Positions 62,795-64,000 of a stretch of DNA of 64,000 nucleotides are shown piece after piece (within the stretch, counting starts at the first letter, position 1; every line of letters begins with the position of its first letter). Source of the DNA: Euprymna scolopes. Taxonomy: Eukaryota. Location of the stretch: assembly GCA_053919585.1 (NCBI GenBank), contig CM132816.1. One strand, 5' to 3'. The notes under the pieces are model-generated. The model was given only the letters and a program-made list of their open reading frames with translations. It was not told where the DNA came from and did not search any database. A program made the translations under genes and the position numbers.

Positions 62795-63429
62795 ATATAT
62801 AATCAAATAACATTATAAATAACATCGTAAGACGGGGCAAATACAGTGAGCAGGATCCGTAAAAGATAATATCCCACATCGTAACCTGATAAACCTCGTA
62901 TCCTAGGGTCACCGTATCCCGTGGTTCTACTTTATTCCGGGGCTTTACATGGACCAATGAAAACCATGCTCTTTGTTTGACCTTGCGTTAGAGATCATTG
63001 GGAAAGATGCAAACGAAGATTCGTACGCTACGGAGATTGGTAATATTTACAGCAGCTCTATTCTGGGTGTTTCGTCCATTTTAAAGCTTCAACGCTTGTC
63101 CTAGACGTTTACTTTTCCCTTAATCGACGCCATTATGTTCTGTAAACTTTCTTTCTCCATCTGACTTTTTTCTGCTTCCTCTGACTCATAACTCTTCACT
63201 AAATGATAGGTGTATTTCCAAGTTATCTTTTTATGTCATTTTGTTAAGGTTCTTACATTCTCTTTCACCAAGTTAACATTTTTGCTTGTGATAGTTATGA
63301 AAACTGATGCTTATGTTTCAATTAAAACATTTCGACATAAATAATTTTATCAGTAAATATTTTTTCACTATGATAACATTCTTGGTGGCATCCTTATTTT
63401 ACAAATAGTAATAACGATCATAATTAATA

Positions 63430-64000
63430 AATAGATTGAATCCAGAATTCAACGGATAACAAACAATCATATCTGGCTTGGACTAGAGTAAATGAGATAT
63501 CTGGGCGCAAACGACCTGACAAAGCAAGGTTTAAGGCAAACACCCCGAAAAATTCACATTTTGAAAAGCTACTTGGAAACAACCCAGAAATGACAGACAA
63601 ACCAATTCAGCCGATTATTGTACAGAAACCCGATATTGAGAAGGGTGATTTTACAATGGAGGAACTTCTAAATGTACTAAATAAGACCAAGAATCGTTAA
63701 GCTGCAGGCTTAGATAACATACCTCCTGAAGTATGGAAGACATGTGGTTTCAATGGAATTCTTCTTAATTCATGCAGTTCTGTATACAAAGAAAATGTTA
63801 TCCATATATGGAGGAAAGTATGCATACTTCCCTTCCCCAAGAAGGATGACCTAAGCATACCAAGCAACTACTGAGGAATAACACTCATTTCAATTGTGGC
63901 AAAAATCTACAATGCCATGCTTCTCAACCGTATCCAACCAAAGAACGAAGAGATGCTCAGGAAGAACAAGGATTGATGTAGAAAGAATTGCTCTACTAGT
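63430..64000 (+). mobile_element. Degenerate RTE-type LINE, RT N-terminal region (runs off the window)
   Basis: AAGLDNIPPEVWKT...ILPFPKKDDLSIPSNY*GITLISIVAKIYNAMLLNRIQP with in-frame stops. Confidence 0.85.

Noticed and set aside
1-64000. Species assignment (repeats reminiscent of mollusc/cephalopod genomes)
   Set aside because: Based on recollection only; cannot be supported without a database search

Overview
AT-rich, repeat-dense animal (invertebrate-like) genomic DNA with ten assembly gaps (N runs) and dozens of (TA)n microsatellites. No confident host protein-coding gene was found; most ORF-track entries are microsatellite or gap artefacts. The real coding remnants are retroelement and transposon pieces: many CR1-group LINE fragments (one young copy at 41.4-42.9 kb with a single frameshift), two RTE-type LINE fragments and several Tc1/mariner derivatives. 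Non-autonomous Helitron-like elements and a SINE-like family are also present. The standout signal, read by eye, is about 18 type I hammerhead-ribozyme (HHR) motifs from roughly eight unrelated sequence families, nearly all beside (TA)n tracts. Six have a complete CUGANGA/GAAA/NUH core with paired stems I-III. Three unrelated families place a tRNA-derived Pol III head (A/B boxes) directly upstream of the hammerhead, and one forms a 321-bp head-to-tail repeat. These are candidate tRNA-promoter-driven retrozyme/SINE hybrids. Other HHRs sit in Penelope-like pseudo-LTR or inverted arrangements. All structures were paired manually; no database search or folding program was run.
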